NCBI GenBank assembly: GCA_905331295.1 | Contig: CAJNYD010000015.1 | Span: forward strand, 310,001 to 374,000 | Direction: 5' to 3' | DNA length: 64,000 bases | DNA from: Rotaria socialis | Taxonomy: Eukaryota | Shown: piece after piece, positions 1 to 13,567 of the stretch | How positions within the stretch are numbered: position 1 is the stretch's first letter | How the letters are laid out: each line of letters starts with the position of its first letter | Position numbers and translations under genes: made by a program | The notes under the pieces: generated by a model | Seen by the model: the letters and a program-made list of their open reading frames with translations, nothing else | Told to the model about the DNA's origin: nothing | Databases searched by the model: none

Positions 1-746
1 GTTGAAATTTATCTAAATATTTTACAACAATACTTGCAATAAAAGTGCAGCGTTTAAATGAGTTGGTCAAAAAAGAAACTTGTCTAGTGCTCTATAAATG
101 TCTCCCTCTCTATATGCATATATTTATATAGACATAGTAATATATGTATATATATATATATGTAAACCACAAATTGAAAGTAAGAAAAAGAAATGAAATA
201 GAAGAGTTTGTTCTTTTTCTTTTTCTTTTTCTTTTTACTCTTCAATTTCTTTTATGCCATCAGTAGTAGGTCGATTTTACGACATTCTATGTCTCAACAT
301 CCATACATATACATATACATATACATTTGACACTCAATGTAATTGTTTCAATACATAAAACGTCTTTGTGTCGATGGTGTGTATGCAGAAGAAAATGTAA
401 GAAACGAACGACAATGTAAAACATTTCAACTCAGATTTCATTGTCAATTTTGATTCTACAGTGATGTTATTTTACGCGTACAAACACGAAAAAAGCAAAT
501 ATTTCTTTTTTATTTTCTATTGAAGTGTTTGTGTTTGAAAGAAAATAATTATTTACAAATTCAATCAGACGAAAATGAGTCTAAACATGGGTAAGAAATT
601 TTCGTTTTTTTTTTCAAATAAAATTTCAAATGTAAATAGATCTGATACTTCATCCACATCGAATAATAGCCTAATAGATGGTATATTTTTCTTTGTTGTA
701 ATTTGATCAGTATGTTATACATAAAGTGATCTGAGTAAATACATAC

Positions 747-1899
747 GAGTTTAAGTTTTGTTAGAATATCTTTAACCGATGATAATTGTTTAGTAATTTG
801 TGAAATGTCGGCTTCAGATTCTGATAATGATATTAATAGACGTTCACGGTCTGGATTGAGATAAATCGGCCCTCGTACTGGTGTTGTACTACGTGCACGT
901 CGTCTACATGAATCAAATAATTTATGTGAGATTAGTATGAAAAGTAAAAATGTGATTTTAGTGTACCTGTCCCCAAGCGGATCATCTTTAAACGAAATTT
1001 TGGATGTTGCTCGATAGTTTCGTTGTTCATCAGCACTTGCTGAACGATGATTATCACGTAAAGGTGGTGATGAATGAGAAAGTCGTGATGGATATATGTT
1101 TGCTGTTGATGTTGTTGTTCGTTGAGATTGTTCAAGATTACGTATTGATGAATTAATATCTTCACGAAGTTGATCAGCTTGCTCTTGATTAAGACGATTT
1201 CGTGCCTTAAGAAAAATCAATCAGCTGCAAAGAAAAGAAAACATTTTAAAATGTTTTTATTTACTTTCTCTTTCAACATTCCAACATTTTCAATTAATCC
1301 TTGAATACGTTTTTCATATGTTTGGATTTCATTTTGAAGTTTTTCATCTTGCTCTTTCAAAACATTTGGTATTTGACTCTGTTGCTTTTGTTTATCATGC
1401 TCATTTGTTTGACTACCTTCATCATCAACATCATCACTAACAATATTATCAATAGTAGGATTGATTTCCAAGCGTCCTTTTGAGCCCTAAGTAAATGAAA
1501 AGCAAATTAAAAAAGAAGAAAAATGATGAAATAAAAAGAAAGTCCTATACCTGCCAAGAAAACTTCTGTAATTTAGTTGAGCGACCTGGCGGTGGAACCC
1601 TATATATACATATGATTAAACTAAAAACGTTCATCTATATATCATTTATTTTACCATCGATCTCGATTAGGTGATGGACTACGAGAACTAACAGGCACAA
1701 CCTGTTTCGGTTGAGCAACTGGCTGAGGAATTTGAGAAGGTTTTGTTTTAACTTTATTGGTTACGCATGTACGCATTCTAGTTGCTTGACGCCCTCCACG
1801 ATTTACTGGTGTAGTACTCTTTTTAACATACGATCCACCATGACGACTACCATGCCAGTCACTTTCAACATGAACATTTACAGGCGTGACAGCGTGCAT
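747..1899 (-). CDS. ODF2: ODF2/cenexin-like centriole and sperm-tail coiled-coil protein, N-terminal portion. Exons 1899-1655, 1599-1551, 1486-1265, 1205-967, 903-747; 3' end not identified
   Basis: GT-AG splicing joins the ORFs in frame. Motifs TPVNVHV, VKTK..WVPPPGRS, W..LEINP, YEKRIQGLIENVGMLKEK and RERLLISLSESEAD..QLSSVKDILTKLK occur in the same order as recalled vertebrate ODF2 (TPVHVHI, VKTKVPWMPPGKS, LEITPP, YDKKIDSLMNAVGCLKSEV, EKECLMSKLVEAEMD..LKDTIGKLK). Confidence 0.75.
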
Positions 1900-4177
1900 C
1901 TAGAGAGAGATGAAAAATAAATGAGACTATCCTATAATTTACTTTAAATTTAAAAGGGCTCTCGAAAAAAAACGTGTCAATATACGTTCAACTATATTCT
2001 CTTTTCATCGGCATCGATTTCTTTTTTCTTCTTCTTCTCCTTACGAAACCATACTTCAATTCATTGTGCACAAACATACCTGACTATATCCTCTCTAAAG
2101 AATAAAAATGCTACAGAAAAGCCAACGGTTTGAATCAGTCGACTTTTAGTGACATCTGATTTACCGGTGAGCAAACTTATACTACATTTGTAGTAGACTT
2201 TATAAAGATAGTCTATAGTAATTGACGATTATAAATAGGTTCGATACTTGAAATTGATGAAGAAAACTTGAAAGAGCAACATTATCTACTCATATATTTC
2301 ATGGTTGAGTTTAAATAACTTCTTCAATTCATTATTGACATTTGAAAATGAATTCAAAACAACATGCTGATGACTGAAATGTTTTCTTTTCAATGAATTT
2401 CTGAAGAGAATAAGAGAGCAGATAGAATAATAACTATTGCCATTGAACAATCGTGTTTCTTTCATTTGAGATCATAAATAATGTACAGGAAAACTTAAGA
2501 ATATAAAGTCGTAAATTTTTTATCAATAATTGACAATGCTACAGAACACTTTTTTAAGTATCTCGATAACATGAAGAGACGACGAATGTGTAATATTGAA
2601 AGTACTTGACAAGGTTTATCTCTAATCAACTTATTTTTGGTATATTGGAACATATGTGGCGAATGTCTTAAATTGAGTTAATTTTTTTCTTCTTATTGTT
2701 TTTCACTAAGCATGTGCTCTTTAATTGCTTCGTTTTCTTCGAATTCGTTTAAAAATCAGTAAACGTTTATATAAATATCGATAAACGGATGATGATTCTT
2801 TACATTGCGTAATAAATCAGAATTTAAATTAGATCAATTTCAGATTCTTATAGATAACTTTATATTAAATTGGGAGTCAGTAAGTATTATTGGTTTAGGA
2901 ACTTTTTTTCTCGTTGAATAAATTTATAGACCATGAAATGCGTGTAATAAATACGCAGCAGGCAGTTAGCATTGATATGCATTTCTTAATTATCTGTTTC
3001 AAGTTTTATCGATTTGAAGTATAGAAATCTTGAGGGTGGAAAATGTCTTTAATGAAAATTTATTCATTTAATAAATTTTTAAGATCTTGATAGAAACTTT
3101 ATGATTTATTGATTGAGTCTTCGATATGAATTCGCTCTCATTCATAATCAAGATAAAACTAAAATAAAACTTTTATTGTTTCAAAACCTTGGAAAATCTC
3201 GTTATACTTTATTTATTCATTTGCTTCACCTGTTTTATATTGAACGGGTTCTTTCAAAGTTAAATAATTCTGATTAACGTATGGTGCAGATTTAATGAAG
3301 TAAAATGTCACTTTTCTTTTCTGGTTCATTGCAATAGATTTCTAGGTACATTTATCGATTCGAGATATTTTTTTCATAGAACTATTTGTTTTTATTTCCG
3401 TATGAATACTTTTCGTCGGAATAAAACTTAAAATACGCAAGCTGACTCGCTCATTCAGATGCGACAGTAAAAACAAGAGGAGAAAGTCGTGTACTACAAT
3501 TACATTACTATTTTTTAATTCGATAGAACATGAACATCTGCACTGTATAACTTAGCAGTCACAACATTTATTTTTGGAATTAAATTTAAATCCGACAGCA
3601 TAAGAATGAATGTTCGATTCATTTACTATCATTTATTTGCGACAAATGTGGAAAAATAGCGAGCGATTTTAATACTCGGCTTTTTTCTCATGAAAGATTG
3701 TAATGAAAACCTCGAAAATCCTAAAAAAATGCCGAAAGACTGGTTTCTTTCCCTAGATTGTATTTTCAAATGTGAATTAAAAGTAAACATTTGCACAAAT
3801 GATAGAAATTTGTCAAACATCTACATTAGACTGTTGAGTAGGTGTTCAGAATTCAAATAAAAAATGAAACAGTGTTTCCGAGAGACAAACTTTCTATAGA
3901 ATGACTTTTGAAAAGTATAACAAGATTATGACTTCAGAGTAAAATGTTTGTACCCTATTTTATTTGCATCATCAATCATTTTAATTATGTTTAATATTTT
4001 CAAAGGGAAACTTTAAAAGAAAGAACTAGATTATGAAATAATTATTTTTTATCTTTATTTTCTTGTAGTGCAAGAGGATTTTAAATTAATTTAATAGATA
4101 CTACGTTGAAATAAATCATGAGTACACAAGTGTAAAACTATTATTCGATAATCTTTCAATAAACTATCGTGAAATAA

Positions 4178-4519
4178 CCCATGTAATAAAAACCGCATGA
4201 AAATCGGCGGTTAACCGCGGTTTTACCGGTCCGGTTACTGGCTCTCATTACCGCAGAACGAATAAATACCGCGGTTTACCACAAAAAATGAACTGGCATT
4301 TACCGCGGTAAACCGCCGGTTTTGATTAATACCGCGGTTACCGCTAAAAAAAAGCGGTTAACCGGTTCATCTATAATTTTTGACAGAAAAAGTCTTNAAA
4401 AGCGGATTTTAGCGGCGTTTATCCGCGGTTTTACCGGTCCGGTTACCGGCTCCCATTACCGCAGAACGGATAAATACCGCGGTTTACCGCAAAAATTGAT
4501 CCGGTATTCGCAACATGGG
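4178..4519. mobile_element. Non-autonomous CMC/EnSpm-like element (CCC...GGG termini)
   Basis: Termini CCCATGT...ACATGGG, flanked by AA on both sides, with many internal ACCGCGGT motifs. An N at 4397 separates two similar halves, so the true length is uncertain. Confidence 0.6.
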
Positions 4520-5122
4520 AAGAAATTAAACATTTAGCCGATTATAAGCTTTTCATTCTTAATGTAAGCCAGTAGATTGAAAGCTTAATCTAAAAGCTAT
4601 ACAATTAAAAATTCTATTCAACTCTCACAGGCGACTATCAAGGCAACAACATATTCATTAGAAGACATATGGAGTGAAGATTAGAAGAATATTAGTTCAT
4701 CATAGCAATATGAATAGAGAAAAGGGGTAATTTCAAGGGAAAAAATCGACTTCTGGGTCGTTGGACTCTGACGACTCTTCATGGATCCTGGCGGATTCTA
4801 TGAATCCTAATGGATTCTGGCAGCTCCTCGTGGATACTAATGAATTCTACTGGATTTTGCTGGATTCTTATGGGTCTTGGTGGATTTTGACGATATATAA
4901 AGATTAGTATCTGCTCCTTATCGCTGCCGCTCGCTTTCTTTTTAATCTAATATAATGACTTATCCCGTTAGACAAAGTTGCTTTTTAAGATTTTCTATTG
5001 TAGTTTCTTAACATGATATTCGTCTTCGCAACATAAAGTCTCGTAATCATTAACATCCTGTAAAAGGTTATCCAGCAACTCTTTTTGCTGTCAAGGGAAA
5101 AGTTAAAAATATAACTTGTAAA

Positions 5123-5962
5123 CGGCTTGTTCACGCGTAACGCTGTGACATTTTGGCAAATTGTTTTTGAAATATCTCGGAAAATTAGATAACTGGCGGG
5201 TTCGTTCAAACGTCATTCGGCATAGCTCGACGAGTTCTATTTGTACTATAAATTTGATAATTTTTGGTTGAACTGTATAGTTTACAGATATTGGTTTAAA
5301 GTCACGTAACACTGTGACGTAAAAGATCCCTGAGTTTCCAACGCTCTCACTTATCGATTAATTCCCTGTGAACGACAATCTCCAATTAGAATAGATCTGG
5401 AACCAGCTTTGTAGAGCATGAAACGAGTATTCCAATGGTAAAAACATTTTTTTCCTAGCTCTGATTATTCAAATAAAACATGAAAAAATATAACGTGACG
5501 CTGTGTCACTATTCTTTGTCGATCGATTATAAACCCCTTAAGATAGTCGGATCCATTTTATTTTCGTAATCATTGGTCTATTCTCTACATATAACCACGG
5601 TACAAAAAATCAACTTGCTGCATCGAAGCGGAAGCTCTTTACCAGTACTGAAAGTTGAAAGCTCTACAACAATGTAAAAGTTGCCTTGAAGAGTGAAATT
5701 TAAAAATAAACTGACTATTTTGTAGAGAATTAAATTCTGTATCGATTGGTACGATGCTTATCATTTTTTCAAAAAAACCTTTTTGTTTAAAAGTTTAAAA
5801 TACGATTTAAGATGGAAAATTTTCATTTTTTTAAGGAAAAAGATTCTAGCTTTGTAACTAGGGCAATATTCTGCATCTAATGATATATAGCGATTTCTCC
5901 ATGTCGAAAAAATTACTTTTCAAAACTTCCGCAGCGAATTAGCGCGTTACGTGGACAAGCCG
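5123..5962. mobile_element. MITE nested in the hAT-like element
   Basis: TIRs CGGCTTGTTCACGCGTAACGC / GCGCGTTACGTGGACAAGCCG, with TAAA on both flanks (putative 4-bp TSD). Confidence 0.6.
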
Positions 5963-6673
5963 TAAATTACATGAAACACATGAAATTTGAATCTTTTCTC
6001 ATAATAATATGTGATAGAGTGATGAATTTATCAGGGATCTTTCACATATTAAGCCATCATCTTTTCGTTTCTTATGGTACTTATCCGTCTTTTGCGGTTA
6101 CTTGTCATTTTCCCGAGATCTTCTCGTTCCTTCTCCCCGAATGACATCATCAAAGTAATTTTCAAATGCTTTATGCAATATTCGATACAAATACTTCGAC
6201 AAAATAATTGAAAATTGTATCGCAAATTGTATCGCAAAACGAAGCTGATCGTTTTTTGCCTTGATGATTCTGAACGAAAACGACGGTTCTTCGTGTGGGA
6301 GAAACAGCTAGAACAGTCTAAATCTTACTTTAACTGTACTCATTCAACAACAATCATGTAGATGTGGATTTGATCGATGCCTTGGAAATGTATATTCTGT
6401 GAGAAACAGCTGCTAAACGTGATTTTCTCAAAAAAAAAACATTAAAATTAACGAAAATAAGTTTAAGTTGTTAGTTCTATTACTGATTACATAATATGAG
6501 TTGAAATTTGAGGGCACGGTAATATAACGTTTAAATATCGATACTCAATGTGATAAGATTCTAGCTAGCGGTGTCAGGATTCCCGTTCCATTAGGTACTG
6601 TTCTCAAAGAACAGAAACCCAATTGAAAATTCTTTTTCACGCATTTTGGGCAATTCACAAATATTTACACATT

Positions 6674-7977
6674 CAGGGTGTCCCAAAAGTCTGGAAGGGG
6701 AGTTAATTCAAATATCTCTTGTGCAGCTCAAACAATCTAATTGATTTTTTTATAATATGGTAGTATGTTCTTTAAAGTTTTATTTCAAATAATAGAGTTT
6801 ACAACAAATGTTCAAAATGATCATCATCAACTGAAATAAATAAATTCATCCTTTTTACAATATTTGAAAAAACATTACATAAAGTTGCTTTTGAAATCGA
6901 CGTAATTTCTTTCTTGATTTTTTGCTTCAATTCAGCTATATTTTTGATAGGAGTTTTATGGACGCTGTTCTCCATATGTCCCCATAAGTAAAAGTCGAGA
7001 GACGTTAAGTCCGGTGAGCGTGGAGCCCAACGCACTCGACCGCCCCTACCTACCCATGTATTGGAAAAAGTTTTGTCCAAAACTTTCCGTACGACAGCAG
7101 CAAAATGAGGAGGAGCTCCGCCTTGTTGAAATACTATTGAACACATCTTGTGTAACATTTTCACTTCTGGAATAAAGAAAATTTGCAGCATCGACAAATA
7201 ATTTTCCCCATTAATAGTATCATTATCGAAAAAAATGGTCCTGCCAGCTGGTTTTTTGACATAGCACACCATAGATTGAGGTTTGGAGATTCATAACAAA
7301 TTCCATAGTTACATGTGGATTAAATTCACACCAATATCTGATGTTTTGTTTAATGGCTAATCCATTTGAATGAAATATAGCTTCGTCAGAAAAAAAAATT
7401 TTCTTTACTGTTACTGTCTTTTATCATTGATATCATTGTTTGACACATTTCGACTCGATCTTGTAGATCTTCTTCATAAATTTGTTGCACGAATTATGCC
7501 TTGTACGGCTTTAGAGAAATATATCCACGCATAATTCTATCAGTTGTTGTTCGAGGAATGGAGCAAGCCATTGTGACAGCTCGAACACTTGATTGTGGTT
7601 CACTTTCAAAAAAACATCATGCACTTCATCAACTTTTTCTTCTGTAATTTTTGATGGTCTTCCAAAACGTTCTCGATCTTCCACTGTGCCAGTTTCACAG
7701 AAGCGTTCAAATATTTTCGTAGTACAAGTTTTAGTTGATACGTTTGTACCAAATTCGGTTTGCAGCTGTCGTCTCACAGCTACAGGTGACTCAAATTTGG
7801 CCATTAATAAAACTATTTTAATTTTAATTTTTATAGGCACAGACATTTATCTGAAAATATACGAAATAAAACTTTAAAGAACATACTATACCATATTATA
7901 AAAATTTCAATTAGATTGCTTGATCTGTACAAGAGATATTTGAATTCACTTTTTTTCCAGACTTTTGGGACACCCTG
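6674..7977 (-). mobile_element. Tc1/mariner element of the DD41D (rosa/VS) type, decayed
   Basis: TIRs of about 110 bp starting CAGGGTGTCCCAAAAGTCTGGAA enclose transposase fragments. The expected TA TSD is not preserved. Confidence 0.9.
6799..7846 (-). pseudogene. DD41D transposase pseudogene with N-terminal HTH (DUF4817-like) and DDD domain
   Basis: ORF pieces 7846-7511 and 7272-6799 plus FSDEAIFH near 7390 lie in different frames. QQ(G)GAPPH...WAPRSPDLTSLDFYLWG has 41 residues between the 2nd and 3rd catalytic positions; the 2nd D is replaced by G. Confidence 0.85.
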
Positions 7978-8776
7978 CACACATTCTTACAGCTTGTATC
8001 AAGTCACTATGTGTTACCAAATTCCAATGAATGGGCACTCATAGTAGGCTTCTTAACACTCAAAACTCAGACTGAGTGTCGATTTTATATCTAGATATAG
8101 GACCCTATATCGGATTTATAAGCACGAGTATCCCCAGAAAATGTTGGACTCTAAGAAACGTAGTCCCCAATTGATATTCCAGGTTCCTAGGAATGGAATC
8201 TGAAACTCACTGAGGATGCACTGTTAAGCGTCATCATTCAGACTGGTAAACTCAGTGAACGAGCCAGTAGCTTGTGATAGTGACCGGTTTTTTATACTAT
8301 TTAGACGTATCCCTGTTAAGAGACTGTGGTAATGCTAGCTAATCTATCGGTCGTCACCGTTGATTTTTCATGTTGCCATCGACTTCATCGTTAGTCTCAA
8401 CCGTTGTATCCCTAAAAAGCAAACCCCTCATTTATAACATCTTTGCTGGAAAGTAGCTAGGCTTTCCTCACTCTGTACCGGTTTGAACTAATGGTATCTG
8501 TTTTAATTTTCACACTTTATAACGCTAAAATCGTGTCACTTTGACTTTGTTGATCTAACAAATACATTATTGCGTAATAACATTTATGATTTCATGATCT
8601 CTATTTAAAATTCTCATATTACTCACAGTGAATCGTCACTTTTGAAAGACTCCTGTGCGCTTCATATTGATGACGTAATATGTAAGCAGTAGCAAACTAC
8701 GGGATAATTAGCAATGATTCATGTCTTTTTTCACTTTTTGCTATAGCACTCCCTACTATATTTGAAACAAAACTTT

Positions 8777-10119
8777 CCATGTAAACACGAAACGCAAAGT
8801 TGATGCGTTGAAACGAGTTTTAGCAATAAAACGAGTTAAGATGCAGTTTAAAACGTTTTCACGATGCATTCAAACGCGATTTGATATGAAACGCTTTAAC
8901 ACGCAGCTTTTCTATACAACACGTTTAAACGCAATTAGAAAACAAGGGAACCACGTCTCAGCGCCTATGCGAAAAATATTTAATGCGTTTGAATGCATTT
9001 TATCTATTAACTGCGTTCAAATTGGTCTCAGATATGTTTTCAGTCACGTTTGAATGCTATCATATTTCCGATCACGCTTGCACACGCTCATTTCTTACTT
9101 ATCAGACGGGATTTTACTCCAAAACAAAATTTCTAGAAGACTTAGCCGCATGATCAAAATCGTCGGTTTACATATATTTTATTTAACTAAACTTTGTTGA
9201 ACTTTTAATAAAGAATGTTCAGATGATGTTAAAATAGGCACAAATTTAATTAATTGTAAAGCATATATTCCATATTTCCCTAGAGTTTCTACGAATATTA
9301 ATGAGACAAATCACAATAGTTTTCAGATATCCAATGCCCTTTTTTAGCTGACTCAAAAATACTACTGTATAAATTATATGATTAACAACTTTTATCACAC
9401 TTCTACTAAATAAATTGTAAGAATAATCATTTATTCATTAAGTCCTTTGATAAAATTATTTATCATGTAACATGATTCATGCAACTAATGCGATTAAATA
9501 TTTTTTATAATATTATTCACATTTATAGTAGACGATAAAAAAGGGTATCATTTTAATAAAACACAATAATAAAATTGTTTAAAAAGATAAGTAAAAGAAA
9601 TCAGATTATCTGTTAAATATTTTACTTCGAAAAAATTACATGTTATTGAAATAGAGTATTTAAGCGATGAAATTTTCATTCATATATATTGTATTTTAAA
9701 CGAGAAAAAACTTTGAGCTATATAGCAAAGTGGTGTATGTGAATGTGAGCGACTTCTGATTACTGGTTCATCTGTTCAAATCTAATCGTCATCGCATAAG
9801 GTAAAATTCAATCCAACTGTCAGGTTAGTATAATTGCATTAATAAATGTTGAGAATGCGGACTCAGTTCGAATTTGAGAATCTAAGATGGATTCTGATAT
9901 ATTTTTCCAACGTTTTATATTTTATATGAAACGTGTTTAGGCGTGTTTTCATTAAAAAACGGATTTGAACTCAAGTCAAGTTAGGAACACATTCAGACGC
10001 ATTTCTAAACTAAATTGTGTCTGAGCTCTTTTTTTTTGTTTCCCTCGGGACGTGTTCAAACGTGTTCACTCTTAGCGATCCGCACGCAAATACAACGCGT
10101 TTCAGACGCGTTTTTAGGG
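8777..10119. mobile_element. Degenerate non-autonomous DNA element with AAACGCG-type subterminal repeats
   Basis: AAACGC/GCGTTT repeats cluster at 8780-9060 and 9930-10115. The right end is TTTTTAGGG; the left terminus is degenerate, so the boundary is approximate. Confidence 0.4.
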
Positions 10120-10846
10120 TAAAAAAAATCATATTGGTTGTGCATAGCTGCCAGTTCATATATTTGAACCGATCGTTGTAAACCAAGTCATATTTATGTA
10201 CTTGTTAGAATTTTTGAAATTTAATATGAAGAATTAAATAATACACAGACAAAGTCATCGGTACAAAAAAAAATAGTATTCTTCTTTTTAACAGTATTGT
10301 CTATGTTACAAAAAGGTTAAATAAGTTTTCAGGACTATTGTAACACATTCTCAGTCATAGAATAATATGAAAAATGAATTCTTCGGTTCTTCTCTTGTTG
10401 CGCACAATAGAATCTATAATTTTTTTCTAAGCATTTAGATTCTAGAAACGATAGATAGACCATTGAAATCTGTGGAAAAATGCATGGTCATTTTCGTAAT
10501 TTTTTCAAAACACAATGAAAGTCATATAGATTCCTACATATATGAGTCTCGTTGTTCCCGTTAGCGACTGTAAATTGTTTAAAACATTGATATAATCTCA
10601 TTAATCAAAATGGATCCTGATGGATTTTGATGGATTCTGGTGGATTCTAGAATCCACCAGGAGCCGCTTTTTTCCCCTTGGGTAATTTATATTCCCTTCG
10701 CTTTACGATGCTTCCGCATAGCTTTTTTTATATTTCTTTTTGTCTTCTGGCGCTTCTTCAAAGTCTCTAAAACTCAAGCATAGTTCGTTGTCTTTTACCA
10801 TACTTAGTTGAATATTGACGTACTTCTAAAGCTTTTTTCTCCGGTA

Positions 10847-11154
10847 CCCATGTAAACAAAATCGTAAAAAATCTGATTATAATTGATTTTTATGAGATTA
10901 GAAATCTATTGTAATGGCACTATTATAATCTGATTTTAACCAAATTTTTCAACCTTAAAAGGCAGATTATTGTTGATTTTATTTTAATCAATTTCAATTG
11001 ATTATCTACAAAACTATTATAATCGATTAAAATAAAACCAAAATCAAAAATAATCTGCCGTTGAAGGTTGAAAAATTTGATCAAAATCAGATTAAAATAG
11101 TTTCATTATAATAGATTTTAATCTGATTATTAATCCAATTTTTTTTTATATGAG
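10847..11154. mobile_element. Foldback MITE, CMC/EnSpm-like
   Basis: CCCATGTAAA...TTTATATGAG termini flanked by TA/TA. The interior is a long imperfect inverted repeat (TTTTTCAACCTT..GGCAGATTAT vs ATAATCTGCC..AAGGTTGAAAAA). Confidence 0.65.
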
Positions 11155-12207
11155 TATAATCAATATATCTTGTACTGTATCTATTAGCCTAATCTTTTTC
11201 TCATGTTCTGTCTCAATCAGCTCTTTTCAATATTTTAGTACTCTTAGGTTCGCACATTTCACAAGTATTGTGATATATTATTTCCCTTGAGTAATATCAT
11301 ATATTTCCGTCTTCTCTATGCTTTTAGCACGCTATTTTTCGGACGAATAAGATTAGTAACTAATTATCTTGAGGCGATATATATATATCAGTAAAGAAAA
11401 TGTTGAGTGTGGAAGATTCAAAATTTTCTCTATCAATAATAGCGTCGCTAAGATTTTGGCCGTATTTATAAGAACCGAAAGAAACATTTGACCTTCTCAT
11501 ATTTCGTATCAAAAATTCATTTGCGTTAGACATGACAATCACGAAACTAATAGTAAATCGCCTTATAATCTTTACGCATCAGAAGAAAAATTTTGATCTG
11601 TTTATGATAGAGCTTTTTCGCCGATTTTCTACATCATCTTTAGCTTTTGTGTAAAATTTAAATTTATACAAGCAAAATAATGTAACAATGGACAGTCGTT
11701 GACGCCTGACTTTTGTTAAGTAATATAGTGCAAAGCACGTACGTATTCAAAAGCTATTATTGTGCTTCTTTGTTCAATTTTTTTAAGGACCAAAGTGCAG
11801 AACACACTCATTCCGTTGCAAAGAAAAAATATTAAGATTGATTCTATACTATTGCTTTTTGATTCTGCCGACGACGTTTTCTTTGCTCCCAGCAAGTAGC
11901 ACATTGATAGGAGAATATTTTTGAACCTTTGTTTCTCTTAATCTTCAAAATAATTGAAGGAATGATAAAAATAGCCATAATAATAGTTAGTCTTGAGTAA
12001 GATTGCCTCTGGTGAAGATAGATAGAATTGTTGTCGCCGCTACTGATAAATAGTGAATTAGAGAGATAATCAAGCGATCCGTCAATATTATTTGTTAATC
12101 AAGCTCTCATAGACACTTATGATTTTCAGAAAAGCTAGTTTGCTCTTTTAGTCGGAGTATATAATGGTTTCCAAAATTGACACTAGAAGCGTCGCACTAT
12201 ATCTCAA

Positions 12208-12863
12208 GGTTGGTCGTCATAATGTCGAAAGGAAAAATGTCGAAAGTAGAAATGTCGAAAGAAGGAAGAGGAAAAATATCAAAAGGACAAATGTCAAAAG
12301 GAAAAATGTCGAAAAAATTATATTGACATGAAACATTGTCAGTTAATAATTTAGAAAATTATAAATAATATAGTGTATGTTTTTTGTATGAAATTAAGCT
12401 GAAATGTTAAGGGCGAGAAAAGTTCTTTTTAAATATGTCATTTTTTCACGAGCTTGACGAACCTCAAGTTTTTCTTTTCCTGGAAGATGGTATGATTGCA
12501 AACAGTTTTCATCAATCGATTATTTGAATTAGTATGCACTTCAGCTTCACAATAATTAATAGTGCATATCCAATGCTTATTAGTTGTTGTTACTTTATTC
12601 AACTCCTCTATTTTATTTGTATCAATAGTTAGTCATCCCTATCAGTACTGACTAAAATTCTACACTAGTAGAATTATAAGAAAAAACAATGAAGTATATG
12701 TGGTTACAATCGCCATATACTTGAGGCATCATTGTTTTTTTATTTTTCCCTTTCGACATTTTTCCACATTAATATGTACATTTCGATATTTTTCCATTTG
12801 GCATTTTTCCTGTCGATATTTTTCCTTTCGACATTTTTCCTTTCGACATTTTTCCAGCACACC
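12208..12863. mobile_element. MITE with GG...CC termini and 8-9 bp TSD (Merlin- or Mutator-like)
   Basis: AAATGTCGAAAG repeats at left and inverted TTTCGACATTT repeats at right. TATCTCAA(G) is duplicated at 12200 and 12864. Confidence 0.75.
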
Positions 12864-13132
12864 TATCTCAAGATCGAGTGATACTGTAATCGCTTCTAGC
12901 TGTTTTGAGTTTTAATCATGGATCAATTGATCTGTTTGTAAACATCATCTAAAAATATAGAAAAATCAATCCTTATTGTTTTTAATCTCGTTCTCAGTGA
13001 CTAAAGTCATGTCAGAAAAAAAACATAGTCTGAAGAAGTTTAGATTAGTTATATTTCAAATTATTAAGCTTTTTACAACCTCCTTATCATTATTGACGAG
13101 TAATTTATAAAGATGGTGGAAAATCTAGTTAT

Positions 13133-13567
13133 GAGTTTGTCCGGCTAACTCTGCTACCGGAGAATGAGTGCGTTACTATTTTTATGCATTTTGCTTTTCT
13201 GATTACTTTTGAACAGTTTACCAGAGAAACGTGGACAACATCTTTTTTTGTTCACTAAAATGTGCTCTACAGAGTGCACTTGCCATTTTTTTATCTAAAA
13301 TATTCTTTTACCTGTTTTATGAAAAATACAACGTGTACTTAATATGATTAAACTATTTTTTGCTCTGTTGTATTATTCGTAAGACAGATGAAAGAATATT
13401 TTCGACAGCAAAAATGAGCACTACCCTATGTAGAGCACATTTTAGTGAACAAGATAAGATGTTACCATCGCGTCTCTGATAAACTGCTCAAAAGTAATGA
13501 GAAAAGTAAAATGCATAAAAATAGTAACGCATTAACTCTCCGGTAGCAGAGTTAGCCGGACAAGCTC
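13133..13567. mobile_element. Foldback MITE with GAG...CTC termini (Sola-like)
   Basis: Arms of about 150 bp, GAGTTTGTCCGGCTAACTCTGCTACCGGAGA / TCTCCGGTAGCAGAGTTAGCCGGACAAGCTC, with a TTAT 4-bp TSD on both sides. Confidence 0.8.

Larger units (their letters stand above)
4734..10680. mobile_element. hAT-like non-autonomous element of about 5.9 kb carrying nested insertions
   Basis: TIRs CAAGGGAAAAAAAT / CTTTTTTCCCCTTG. Perfect 8-bp TSD GGTAATTT at 4726-4733 and 10681-10688. GGATTC/GGATCC-type subterminal repeats at both ends. Confidence 0.8.

Noticed and set aside
2360..2390. CTGATGA-CT-GAAA hammerhead-like core
   Set aside because: No room for helix II and no convincing helix I.
4210..4500. 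Repeated CCGCGG-rich units resembling a CRISPR or regulatory array
   Set aside because: No repeat-spacer periodicity. They are subterminal repeats of a TIR element, and an N join lies in the middle.
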